From: Ascidiella aspersa
Taxonomy: Eukaryota
Reading direction: 5' to 3'
Assembly: GCA_963924565.1 (NCBI GenBank)
Contig: OZ004607.1
Location: 9,114,001-9,178,000 of the forward strand
Length of the DNA stretch: 64,000 nucleotides
Shown: positions 37,078-50,800 of the stretch, piece after piece
Layout: each line of letters begins with the position of its first letter
How positions within the stretch are numbered: position 1 is the first letter of the stretch
The notes under the pieces: model-generated
The model's database searches: none
The model's input: only the letters and a program-made list of their open reading frames with translations
Told to the model about the DNA's origin: nothing
Program-made: the position numbers and the translations under genes

Positions 37078-38088
37078 CATGGGCGCCCGCACGGGGGGCA
37101 AGGGGGGCACTTGCACCCCCCCCTTGGAATTTCAAAATGCGATTATTAGTATTATTTATAATATGTGTAATATGTATAAGAAGGTTAAAAATATTATACT
37201 TTATCCATTGCCCCCAGTGGCGTATCCAGGGGGCGGGAGTTCTTACCCTCTTTTGTAAGTGATATTATCGTTTTTTGTTCGTTTTTGTCATGGTTTAACA
37301 AACTGTTCGAAGCGGCGTGCTTTTAAAGTAATTGGGTCACGCGTCTTAATCTAATGCGAAACCAAAATCGAGGGCAAAACGCCGTTTTTCGTCTTTTGTT
37401 TGGTTGACCGTAAACGCTGGAAGTTTTTCTCTTTAGTTATTTTTTTAGGTTGACTGATTAGCAAGTGTGTATTCTACAATTGACAACGCTAAGTCAAACT
37501 TTCTTTCTTTTTTTCTCGCTAAAAAACGTCAAGTAATACGCAGTATGTTCCTCGCTGTTCAGTCTCTGCGCTAATATCCGATGTTGGTGTAACACTGACA
37601 TTTGTTTAACTGAAGCACATTCTTAAAAGGAGGTATAATGGTGACTGTCGTGCGCGTTTCAAAGTCACGATTTTCGTTTAGTATCGCAGGAAGTGAAAGA
37701 CGTGCTTGTAATTTAGCGCTCGTTCCGTTCATGGAACTTGAAAACTGCGCTGCTGATAGTCGAATTATGTGTGATTCTACCACACATATTTCACGGTCTT
37801 GGTTTCTTTTTTTGCCTGAAGTTACCGTGTTTCGCAGCTGGCGCCTGACAGGATTGTTGACGAAGCACGTGGTCGCTCTTGCTGGACGTATTTGACTGTT
37901 TCTGATTAGTTTTTTTATCACGTCTTGCAATCACCATTTTATGACGTCATACTGTCACTGTTTTATGACGTCATTATTCATTAAGTCAGACGAAAATAGG
38001 GGGATTCCCTAAGTTGAAAATTCAGGACCCCCCTTTTTGATTTTCCCCTGATTATCCCCCCCTGGAAAATTTTCTGCGGGCGCCCTTG
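37078..38088. mobile_element. Composite hAT-type MITE (copy 2)
   Basis: TIRs CATGGGCGCCCGCA / TGCGGGCGCCCTTG; TSD gtgacaag / gtgacagg; shares both ends with 19412-20326. Confidence 0.9.
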
Positions 38089-38836
38089 GTGACAGGTAAG
38101 AATACGCTGGCTCTTAAGACAAGAGCCGACGGCTTCCTAATTGTCTTACACGTTCCTTGTACATACTCGACTCCAAATAACAAGCCGCTAAAATACCTGT
38201 CCTTAACTCCTTGCATTGTAGACAGTCTTTTTACTCAGTTAATATTGACTTGAATTAAGTCTTTTATTAATTGAAATAGTAGTGTCTTCATTAAGCACTT
38301 TTTTACACCAAATTGGGTTGTTTTCCTATTTTTTGTGCATTTTGCAATTTGCTTGCTATATGTTGAGTGTATGTTATTTTTATGTGATTTATTGCTTATA
38401 ATAGGATGAGATTACAAGTTTTGTTAGTATAGCGGTTCCTAAACAAAAGAGGAATGCACATACTGGCCGCCATTAACTTGTATTCCTATAAACAACGCCA
38501 CAAACAAGAGCTCAAAGTTTTAAATATTAGCATACATTTTTTGCTTTTATCAATTTTGAAAATGTTCCACACTATTCATGGTGCAAACCCAGAAGTCAAT
38601 ATATCTGTAACCAGTGATGCATTTCTATTTTAACGTATTTAAAAATGTACAATAAAAGCTCCAATTTTAACATTTTATCTACATAGGAATTTAGGCCCAA
38701 CATATGTGGGTCCAAATTATGTCAATCGTTGACCATACTTTGTCCTAGTAGACATTAACCCTACACAGTGAAAATACAAATACAAGAAGGGTGCGTGCTT
38801 AACATAGGAACTACTGTCTATGAAAGTGAAGTAGAG

Positions 38837-41800
38837 TTATTTTTTGGATTCGGGTCTAATCAGGTGCACAGGTGTCGGGAATCCGATTTTTCGTCGGTAG
38901 AAAGCACGGATTTCTAGGTTCATCCAAATTTCGTTGAAGAAAGTGTAGAGAGAGGCGAACAGAGCAGCAGCAACAAAACATGTCTGAAATGAAAATATTT
39001 TTTCGTTTTACTTTAAACTTTAATCGGTATTTAACCAGAAAGGTTACGATAGCTTATTCATAAGGTATCAAGGCTATTTTCTTCAGTTTACGCACCAGAA
39101 GAGCCTGTAGGCTACCGATTTGAAATATCGCGTTTTAGGCTTGTAGATCGGTAAACTCATTACGAATTACAGTCTTTGCGCCTAAACCTAAAGCGTAGCT
39201 GTGTTTCAACCGAATATAAAACCGTTAAAAATCCTTGATTCGGTTGCACCCTAAAAGCACCATTTATTCGGTTATATTTCACTCTTATTTTCGCACTTTT
39301 TTGTGACGCCTGCTGTTATACAAACCTGATATATGACGTCAGGGGCCGTTGTGGTGTAGACCAGAATCGGCAAGGACATGGCGACTGAAATAATATCGAA
39401 AACCGCTCCAAAACCTCCAAGCCAGAGCTGACGCTCGATTCTAAACATAAATATTTAAATTTATGAATATGCAGCTGCTCTTTCATATGTTATCAACACT
39501 ATATGTAGAAGTTGTGACCGGGCAGACCAACTATTAGTGGACAACCATTTACGTAGATTGTTTTCCATGCCAACAGCAATTTAAGTATAAAAAGCAACAA
39601 GACACTTCGATGAGCACCTAGACCAGGGATGGCAATCCTTTTCATTGCGTGGGTTACAAATAAGACATTATTAATGAAAAATACACACGTGGGCCATACA
39701 TTAAATTACATTTTTATGACAATGTGAAACTTGCTGCTTCGTCTACTCTATAAACAACAGTAAGCCTGTTTATATGCACCTTTCTCAGGCAGATTAGATT
39801 AAGGTTCAAGCCGGCTTGAAAAGTAATCCGTTCCAGCGTCTTAATTACATGGCGCGAAATTCAAGCCAGCTTGAGTGTACAAACTGCACTGCTATGCATT
39901 ATTACGTAATATTCCAGTAAACCTCTAACGCACAACCAATTTTTCGGCTTAGGCTACTCCTTGCGGTAGCAATTTATTGCTGCTTGTTCGTTTTTATTAA
40001 CCTAACATTGAAAAAAAAACAAGAATTACTTGAGTTAGGTTTGCCGATTAAGAACGTTTTTGACTGTCTGTATTGTGCTTCAGTTTACCTGGCACACAGA
40101 ATGTAAGTGCAGGAAAGTTAAGCTTGTTTGTGCTGGCCAACGCTATATACAAGGCAAAGTGGACAAAAGAAGGTGATAAGATGTACCAAACATTAATGAA
40201 AACTGTATTTGGCGCTGGCCTAGAATCCTACCACAGCGTTGAGACAATTATTAAAGCAAAGGGTGGACCAACTATTACTATTTAAACCTACCCAAACCCG
40301 CATCCTAACCCAAATAATGTTATATGTTGTGGATTCTAGACCAGCGCCTATGTCACAAATTAGTATCTGATTCTAACTAGTGTATGTAATGTTCTTTCCT
40401 TATGCGCTAAACTTGTTTTGTTTACGACTAGCCGTTCGTGTTACGTCATAATGCCCCAAAAGTGGCGTGATGTTTACTGCGTTAAAGCAGGTCATTCAAC
40501 ATCAAACAATTCCGGCCGTCAGCGAAACGAACAGATTAAGCGGAGAACGGATTGAAAACCACTCCTTTTGTCAGATTAGGAAACGAGAGAAAATTCATTC
40601 CAGCGTCAAAACGAGAGAGAATGAATTAACGAATCAGATTCGAATCCGGCTTAAACGTGCATATAAACGGGCTTAGTGTTGTAATGTTTTCAAATGACTT
40701 GACTTGAGTCATTTGGGCAAAACGACTTGACTTGACTTTAAGTCTTTTGGTCAAATGACTTGTTGAAATGAAGTGTTTTTCTGTATTTTTTTTTCAATAA
40801 AATTGAGCTATTCATCCAAATTTTTGCACATAAAACAATTTGCTTGCTATATGTAGCGTTTTTCTTATTTTTTAGTTCAGGTATTGCTCATAATCGTACG
40901 AGTTTTATAATTCCAATAGTTTGACGTTTTGTGTTTTACGACGAAGACGTGACTTGAAGTTGACTTGCTCTAATTATGACTTGTCTGGGGCTTGACTTGT
41001 TGTTTATTAAAAAAGGCTTGACTTGGACTTAAGTTATTTTACAAATGACTTGACTGGGACTTAAGTCATTTCAAAATGACTTGTTTACAACACTGACAAA
41101 CAATATTATCCTTGGCTGGTACCTGATCCATACGTTTATTGAAACGATTCATTTCAGTAACCGAAATCAGCATTCGCACAAATATTAAAGACCAATAATG
41201 AAATGCATGCTAACCATTAGTGCCTTATTACAAATATTTAGTAATAACATAATTCTTTCCGAAATATTCAGTTATATTTTATTAGGCTATTTTGAAAAGA
41301 CAAGTGGGTCACTGAAAATCTCTAATGGGTCACTCTGTGACCCGCGGGCCATTGGTCCGCAATATTTTACATGGACCTTTATGGTCCCATGAGAAGCTCT
41401 GGATTATACGATAGGAAAGTGGAACTAATAATATAAGTAATATTCCTTATAAAACACGTGCCCTACAATAAACAAACCGTATTGCGTCCTTTGGCTTTAT
41501 CAGCCAGTCGTTTCTGTAAAAACCGCGGCAGTCGCAGGCCAGCAGCATCAGGCTTATGATTGCAACGCACAAGTAGCAAGTCATGGCCACAGCGATCACT
41601 CCAGGTGAGAATAGGTCGGCGCAAACCAGTTGGAACCGGTCGTGGGCGCCGTGCTGACTGTCGTAGAGAAGATAGATGGCGGCAACGTTTGCCGGAGCTA
41701 GAAGCGAATGTCCCCAGCTCATGAGGCTGAAATTCGGTCGTTTTCTGCAACGAAATGGAAATACGTAGAATAAATATCAAAGGTTGCTATTTGACCTTCC

Positions 41801-44800
41801 TTACGACAGTTAGTATTATGCGAGACGGCCGTTCGTTATCTAAAATGTGGGTTGATGCTACGAAAAGCCGTGTTATCGTAAAACCCTATGCAATATATAC
41901 AGCTAAAATATTTTATATGTTAAAACAAGCTTCTGATTGAGCGAAATTTTGCAAACGAATTTGTAACAAAATTCTGCAGATTATAGTTGTAATAGAACAT
42001 ATCTATAGAAACGCACTTAAAAAGTAATATTGTCATCGCTAAAACTTACTTATTGTCTTCCGGGGTGTTGATTTTTACGTAAACGTCAAGAAGGCGAAGA
42101 CATCCACATGTGCAGCCAACCGTGCAAAAGTATACGTACAGAGCCAGGGTAGCCAGGCAGATTATGTCGCTCGATTCCATCAGGAATGAGACCGCAAGGA
42201 CAACGTACCTAAACAGGACTACAAAAAAACTTAGTTAACAAACAACACTTTTCGTTAAATATTAACTTTTTTACTTTTCTATTTCGATCAATAAATGGTA
42301 TAGGCACGAGAGTTTACGTAGTTTGTCTTTGTCATGTTTATAAATTTAAGATCTGATGGATTATAGTGTAGGCCCAACTGTTGACGCTAACAGTGATGCT
42401 TCAACGTTATTGGCCTTTTTTTGTTCGTGTTTTTTGGGGCTGGGTGGTGTTAGAATTATTTTCTTTAAAACTCGATGCTTATTCGCTACGTGGTGGTGGC
42501 GCTATTCCTAGGCCCTATGTTCCTTTTTTTAGTCAAACCTTATTATTGTTCTCTCACTCGCACTGCATGGCACAAAATTTAGCATAATAAAAATTAATAA
42601 AAAAATATTTAACATAATAAAATGAGGATGAAAACACTCTTCAAACGTATACATCGCTCTGTACCTGCGAACAAGGTGTTGAGTGTGATAAAGGTTCGTT
42701 GAATTGGAATCGTGGTCGGATAAAACACGAGAAACGTGGAAAGACCGTAGATGGCAAGGCACGCGTAGCAGGTGTACGTCATCAGAGTTCTATGTAAAAA
42801 GTACGAAATGTCATCGAATTAAACAAAACTTTGGGGAATCTTAAAACAACGATAGAGAATTTTTTATCTTAAGCACCAATTTTTTTAAGATACGAAAAAA
42901 TGAGAAAAATTACCTCCATTATAGAAAGTTTGTAGCCAAATTATTTATTTTACTTCTCCTAATTTCGCATTGTATTTTTAACATTTTACTAAGTGAAAGA
43001 AAAACGAGTAAATTTCACATGCCCAAATCCACATTATCTTACATTAAACTTTATTGAGTTTGCCAACTACAAAAAAATACAAAGCGAAAACCTGAAATCT
43101 GCTGTGATCTGTCGGCGCAAATACTCGTCGTTCTCGTAATCATGACTCAGCAGAGCGAAGGTGGTGAGATGGTTGCAGCGGCAGATCGTCCTCTCCGCAC
43201 GAAGACGCCAAAGAGAACAGCCGTCGTCGTTGAAGAGACCCGAGGTCGACTTGAGGTCAACAAATACGCACTTCGGGTTCTTCGGTTTGCTGAAATAAAC
43301 GGAAATTTGTTTTAATAAAGGTATAGATGTTAGCTTTATAGGGCGATCGCAAAAGCAAGAATCTTGTTCAGAACCAATTTTAACAAATCTAACAATACGA
43401 AACTAATGCAGTCGGCTACCCAACTAAATAAGACGGAGACCAATTTTTAGGTCGTTGTCGTTGGGTTGAGAAACATTTTTGTAAGTATAATCTTTGATAA
43501 AATCGACATAATTTTCAGCACCCTTCCGCAATGACTCATGTCATCTAATTCTAATATATAAAATTGAGTAATTTTATTGGTAGTTCTCGATTTTGTTGAA
43601 CGTTCTTGCTTTTATATATTTATTGATATTGCTGAAAAACCCTGTATGTTGTGTTCCTTACTATAAATTTATTCTGTCGATTGTTGTGGCAAATAATTCT
43701 AGCGCTCAAGCGTGTTTTAGTAAAACATGAAGTCGAATTCAACCGATAAATTGATAAGGCAGCGAACTGGAAACCGTAAAGATGGAATAGCATGTAGTAA
43801 AATATTTACTAACCATGTATAATTGGTGGATAAGTTGTATGACACCCCCTATAAGTGTATTGTTGAATAACCATCTTATTTTAGTTGCGCAAATTGGTGA
43901 CATAAAGGCTGTAGAGTCGAGGCGGACTCGGATTGTTTTTAAGCGACTTCGAGCACTGATCAGCAAAACGTTTTAGGCAAACCCAACAACTCACCTAGCA
44001 GTTAATAGATTTAATGAGAACCAGACGGCACGACAGACCTGCGACAGACGAAATAATATGCCTGGTGTCAACCCGAGTGCAAGTTATGCCACAGTTGTAA
44101 GAAACAACTGGGGATGTCCAGTAATATTGGATCGGTATTAGCCACCATACACCAGGGTGCTATCGGTGCCGATCCAATACTAATTCGATTTAGGCTTTTC
44201 AGCAATGATTTGCGATCTAAACGCAGCCATTTTAACCTTGAAAGGTAAAAGGTTATAGATAACAACTAGATGTTATCAAACTTCGTAACGCACATGCACA
44301 TTTTGGCCAAATAACCTGAAATAACGTTTTATTTTAGGTTTTTTGCTTGTTTAAGAATAGTAGTGTTTTGGAATCGGATGGGATACTTTGTGTCAAAAAA
44401 ATTGGATATAAGATGTTGTGGTATCCGACATCCCTGGAAACATCACAAATAAGATATTACAATATTGTATATAAGCACTCACCGCTTGTGATAAAACGTG
44501 ATGTAGACATGCCCGTTGATCCGATGGGCGGCCTTGCGTCCGTTGCCATGCAACAGCTGGGCGCCTAGCAACGCGCTGTTAAGCTTCCGGCCTTCAAAGC
44601 TCTCTTCCCGAGAGTCCGAGGGGAAGAGCGTGATCGGTAGGGAAGAAAGGATTTCCTCCGGATCGTCGTACTTCACAAAGCTGACGTAGGACTCCTCCTG
44701 GAGGAGGGAAGAGTAGTGGGAGGAAGAGGAGGAGCTAAAGTTGGTACTGGCGTCCTTATCTTCTATGATGTTGTTGTTGTTGTTGATTTCGGAAAAAGCC

Positions 44801-47800
44801 TCAGCAGGGATTTCGATAAAGCTTCCGTCGCGGCTGAAAACATTCAAGGATTGGGTGAATTTTGCAATAAAAATGAGCTTGGATTGAACATAGTATTAAA
44901 AAAACGTTTATAACAAGAGTTCATATAATTTAATCAATATCAAAAAATCAATGCAAATACAGAAGCATTTCTGATCTAAAGTCGTTCTCGATTAGATAAG
45001 CCTACTATTAAATCTCAATTTTCTCTCAGTTAAGTTTTGCCCCAAATCAAAATGTTACCCAATGTTGAAATAGATGTGTGTGTTCTCACTTCAGTTCAAG
45101 TCACTTCAGCTCAGTAGACAACGTACATTTAAATTAACGCCTTGTAACTGATCACAGGAACAACTGTATGCGCTACTCTTAAAACTTTAAACTCCCCATA
45201 CAGTATACAAGCAGACTCGACGGAGTCGGTTTATTTTGCTGGAGCCGGACTCGGGACTCGGGAATCGCGTAAGACCACGTAAGACTACCCGAGTGCTGAA
45301 TACAACGTGCGCATGCGCAGTACGAAATTTCAAAACCGATGGTGCCGCAATCTGTAAGTTGTAAAGGTGGAATAGAATATATAGTTGGATATTTTTCAAT
45401 CATGTGTTGTGGGTGATGAATTATTATATGACATCCCTACGAGTGTATTGCCTGTATATCAACCTTCAAGTTACGTAAATAGGTAAAATACAGGCTGTAC
45501 AGCCAGACTCCAAAAAATCGAACAGTTGGCCGGAGTCGGACTCGGGACTCGGACTCGGGTTATTTTTAACGGACTCCGCAGCCCTGGTTTAATGTACCTC
45601 AAATGTGGGCTGTCGGTGCCCGGGTACCTCACGGCGGATTGCTGGTCGCTGAATGCTTTTAGTGCGAGATGCATCTCTGAACTGAAGCTGGTTTGGTAGG
45701 AATCGAATGAAGCAGGGTCCAAGAGACCGAGGGCACCTCTTGTAGCGTTATCAACGTTGGAGAACATCGTCTGTAGTAAATGAAATCAGATCAGTATTGG
45801 ATTATGGCGGTAAAATAATCATAGTTACTTTACAATACTAAATTGGAAATTCAGGTTGCACTTTTGAACAAAAAAATAGGCTTTGGTACAGCCGTGCGTT
45901 ATAAGGCCAAAACTTAACCGGTGCATAGGAATTAGAAAAATACAGCCAAGTTATATTGCACCACACTAGGTCCTGTTCCTGCTTGTAAAGTCAAGTTACT
46001 ATTCTTGCGGTGAAATATAAGATAATTCATTTAACAAATCAATCTTTTTTCCCCTTCTATCTCTGATCCACATCCACATTGCATTAAATTTGTTTCTGTC
46101 ATTCCAATTACTACCAGCAGATTGAAGTTTAAAACCTGTGACCCTACAGATCTTGTAGCCAGTATCTAAAATATATCGTAAACTTACTCACACAATATAA
46201 TAAATCATAAGACCCGAACTGTATTAGCTTAAGATCTAGTAAAACAAAATACAAACGTTTACCGTCATCATATTAAGCAAAGACGGCACGTCGAAGTCGT
46301 CCCACAAGGGGGCGTACTTAAGCCGCAAGGTGTGCTGTACAAGTGACGTCATCCGATCGAGGTACGTGAACTTTGTGTTGCGCAGGGCGCCTTGGAACGT
46401 AAATGGGTGCCAGGAGAGAAGTTTGGAGAGTATGCCTGAGATACAAGGTTATTGATGGCTATTCTTGTAGTGATTAATTCTGGCAGGCAAATGAGGCTCA
46501 CTGAAATGTTACTTTAATGAATGAGTATATTTTGGTAAATTACTTTTTTCCTGAAATTGAATACAACCAAGTTTCGAGTAGTTGGTTTGCTTGAACGGTG
46601 TCATTCATTACCTATTTTAAACTGCTATGAATATACCAATTACAAATTAATGAAACCCATCAATTTGTTTACAATATATAATATTCTAGGATTAGTTTAT
46701 AGAATTATAATTTTAGCTGTAATAATGTCACCTATTTCAAAGTAAAATTCGATGATAAAACTTCAAACTAAAGAAATCAGAACTTCAGTTAGTTTAAAAT
46801 ATATAACGTACTATAACTATTTATTTTAGACAAAAAAGCATTATTTTTAGTACGTATAACCAAGCGAGTTTGTCAAATTTAGCGTTATTTGTGGACTATA
46901 TGCTTTTGCAATTCGCACGAAACGAGATTATTTTTTAATTTAAAAAAAAACATTTTCAGTAAATTCTACCAAGCATCAATAGTTTTCACGATGCGCATGA
47001 AGGCAGATCGATTGGTTATTTTACAAGCAACAATTACAAACTGTAGGCTACTAAATAGTACAGACCTTGGAGAGCAACTAAATCCCCGGCAGAGTTTAGC
47101 TCTTCTCCCTCGTGATCCGCTGCCAAGAGAAGAAGAAGACGATCAGTTGCTTCCACGAAAGCATTAGGAGAGGCAGAGCTTGCATCCACGAAGTCCGCGA
47201 TCGCCTAGCAACCACAATAAAGCCAAAGTACGACTAGTTTTCCCTGGTGATTTTTAACATTGGTTGTAAGGATGTTTGGTACAATTTAAATTAAACGTTT
47301 GCAAGAGTTATTGAATTGCCGCGTGAAGTCTATTTGCTTTATATAGTTAAGGGGCATGAGTGCTTTAAGGTCTAGTTGAAATAACACTCCAAAAATCAGT
47401 TGTAACTTTCAGTTCAATACAAAGTGAATTATATTAACGAAACATTAAGAATAAGAATAAAATAAAAGAAAGGCTATAGTGCCGTTTTTAACTTGAATTA
47501 CAATTTAACCAATATAACATATTAAACGAAACAAATATAGAACGAATGATTTGCAGAAACCTGAAGAGTTAAATTAAATTTAAAGTAAGAAATAAGATAA
47601 ATTAAATTATAATTTGCAACTATAAAAAAATCATAATGAATGTTAGTTTTGAGGTAGTAAAAATATCAAAGCCCATTCTATAGTAGGCAGCATTTTGAAC
47701 GTTCGTCAACATCGAAAATAAATAAATATATATATACTGGAAACGTTCAAAATAATACCTACTTTAGTATGGTCTTTGGTATTCTTACTAAGCTACAACC

Positions 47801-50800
47801 ACCAACTATTATAGTTCAATGTTAGATCGGTTTAAGCGCTTACCCGAATAGGAGCAACCACGCAATCGCTAAGGTCCTCTTTCATCCACTGCTGATTCTG
47901 AGAGCACTTCCTCCAGACGATCCCTGAGCTTCCGGGAGGACAGCTCTGATTCTGCGTCCTTCCGGAGTGCTCCAGCGTCCACCATATCTTAGTCCTTGCG
48001 CTCCTCTCTCCAGAACAATGAGGAGCGGACCACTCCGAAGACCGGTATCTGGAGCAACAATAAGAGTACAACTTTCGTGGTTTTTGTCGTATGTTTGCAT
48101 TGTTAAACTTGTTCTATAGATCAAAGTGATAACTGTTAGTGCATGTGAAAAGCATGTTAAGTTATAAAGAGCAAAACTAATGGCGATTTGAAGCAACAAG
48201 CAACACGATATGATTGGAAGCTCGATTAATTTGGAAAAGTTGGAAGTACCGAAACCATGGGAGACCTCAAGCACCAGTATACCTACCTGCTTTTACTTTA
48301 CAACATTTTTGGTATATATGACTAACAAGGATTCACTTCAAAGTACGTTCACCACAATGTATTATTGAATAATACATTATTAACCTAATTTATTTAGTTT
48401 TTTTTTATTGAGGTGGGAAATTGTGCAACTAAAAACGTGCATTGGAAGGCATAATTTAAGCATTAAATGCCCAAAAAAATGTTTACAATATTTCCAATCT
48501 TTATGACAAGTTTAAAAAGCACACTTATCAATCGTCGAATTCAAGCCTCAAACTCTGTTTAGCATAAGTACAGACAATATGAATTGTATTTCCGTTTAAA
48601 TTTTCCAAAGTTTGTTAACAACAAATATTTTTGTGCACAAGAAGCAAGTTTATTAAGGGATATATAATATACTATAGGCCTATTTGTTTCGCTAGAGGGT
48701 TAGCCATCCCTACACTAGACAATTAGCTTCTCACCGATCAAGCGGACACTCGTGCAGATCGCAGATCTCTTCTTGAAACGAAGATTCTCTCTCATCTTCT
48801 TCTTCACAAGTCTTCCCGTTTCCCCATGGAGCCGGATCGTCGCAGATCCGGATGCGGAAGCGGACCCCTCGGCCGCAGCTCTGTGAGCAAGGGGACCAAG
48901 GATGCCACGAGCCCCATTTCCCTGGAGGAAAATTAAGAACATACAGTCAGTGTTATAATGCCTTAAGTCATTGACTTGACTTTAATGCACTTAAGTCACT
49001 TTTTCAAATGACTTGACTTGACTTGACTTAAGTCTTTTGGAAAAATGACTTGGGATTAAATTAGGAGTTTTTCGTTTTCACAAGTTTCGCACATTAAACA
49101 GTTTTGTTGCTTTATATTGCGTTTGAGTTAATTTTTAGTTGAATTGTTGCTCATAATCGGAGGAATTTTAATAGTTTAACAGTTTACCATGTCAAAATGA
49201 CTTGTTTAGAACACGGCATACAGTGTCCAGCGTTAATAGCTAGTACTTGGTGTGTGGTGTTGGTCAAATGGCAGTGTTTCCTAAACTTTCAATAAATCTT
49301 CGTTGGAGACCCCTTTGCAGTTTTAAATCATTCGCCGTCTGTTCAAATTTTGTAAGACTAGTGTTATCTGATTCATCTAAAAGCCAACAGCTCTGTAACA
49401 TGTTTTAAGGGTTTAATCGTACTTTCGATTTTCACTTGGGGCATACAGAATACTAGGGATGCAACAGGCAAATTATCTGATTCACTTGTGAATAAAAAAT
49501 TCCCTTGTAAATATTCGTCTAATGGTTGTTCGATTTTACAATTTGTTGGTTGTCGGTTCTCTGTGAATCCTTTGGTGTTTAATGTTGGCTTCTGGTGTTC
49601 GATTTTTATTCTTGTATTTCTTGTTTTATTTCTGGCGTTGCTGCTTACATTAATAACTTTGTATCATGTTACTATACAGAGAAAAAAGTTCACCGTGAAT
49701 CGGACATTCCCGGTTCGGGCACTGAACCGTCTGTTCCTCGCTCTCGGTACAGGGGACTTTCCCGGCAAACTCGTGGTCGACCCAGTGACACCGGCGCACC
49801 CGGGTCCTCACACCCGGGGAATCCCCACATGTGGCCGAGCACTGGGTGAAGAGGGTCCACTTGCCCCAGACCCAATCGCTGGAGCAGGGCTGAAGACCAA
49901 GAAGCCGCTTTTCCTCCGTTTCCTGCGAATTTTGATAAAATCAGGAAAAAAAAAACGGTTGATTTGTTGCTCAAATGCGAACACAATGGCGAGGTAGGAA
50001 TGTCCAATAACATCGGATCGTAGCCGATACCCGATGCCAAGTGACGGTACTCGTGCGATACAGGGGTGAAAACGGTGCCAATTTGATACCAGATTAAAAT
50101 ATAATTTTGAGGCATGATTGTTGAGTCTAACGCATCGATTCTATACTTTAAAAGATAAATTTATCAATAAATATTAGGTTAACTGCTGGGTGTAACTAGA
50201 CTTTTCAAATCTATAAAGCAAAGACCTGGAAAAACTATATTTTAATTTTATCATTATAATGACCTAAGTTGGTATCGGACAAGATCGCGATATTATGTCC
50301 AAAATATTGGGTATCGGTATCGGAATAAAAAGTAAAGTATAGGACATCTCAATAGCAAAGGAAAAAGTCGGTTGTCTCATGATCATTCAAACACTGTCTC
50401 TAACACTTTGGCACATTTTAGTTTATTTAAGTTTAAGGTAACCTCCCTGCTGAAAAACAAAAGTCAGTTTGGCTGAACTCGTTATGTTTAAGCATATATT
50501 ATAATAAGACTTAAATCCATTAAAAATACAGGAATTCCTCACAAAAAAAATCTTGCCTAAGACGAGGTTTAAACTCACGACCTCGGCCATACGGGGACGG
50601 TGAGCTAATCAGACGTTTCGCATCCTGATCGGACATACAACTGGATCACAGTAGGATAATATGTCTTTCATTACACATTCAATTGTCTACTATTGTTTTG
50701 TCAGGCGTGTGCTGCTACACTTAACAGTATGCCCCAAACATGGATCTGATAGGCTAACTGTTTTTTTGTTATACGCCATTAAACAGTCAAAATGCACGAA

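Noticed and set aside
19918-37930. Paralogous ORFs MQDVIKKLIRNSQIRP (19918-20157, 37571-37930)
   Set aside because: Both lie inside copies of the same MITE, are frameshifted relative to one another, and show no recognisable domain.
42529-42762. ORF with hydrophobic [14 protein letters not shown] suggesting a single-TM truncated receptor
   Set aside because: Out of frame with the real TM1 exon; the hydrophobicity comes from AT-rich intron sequence, and the full 7TM can be assembled.
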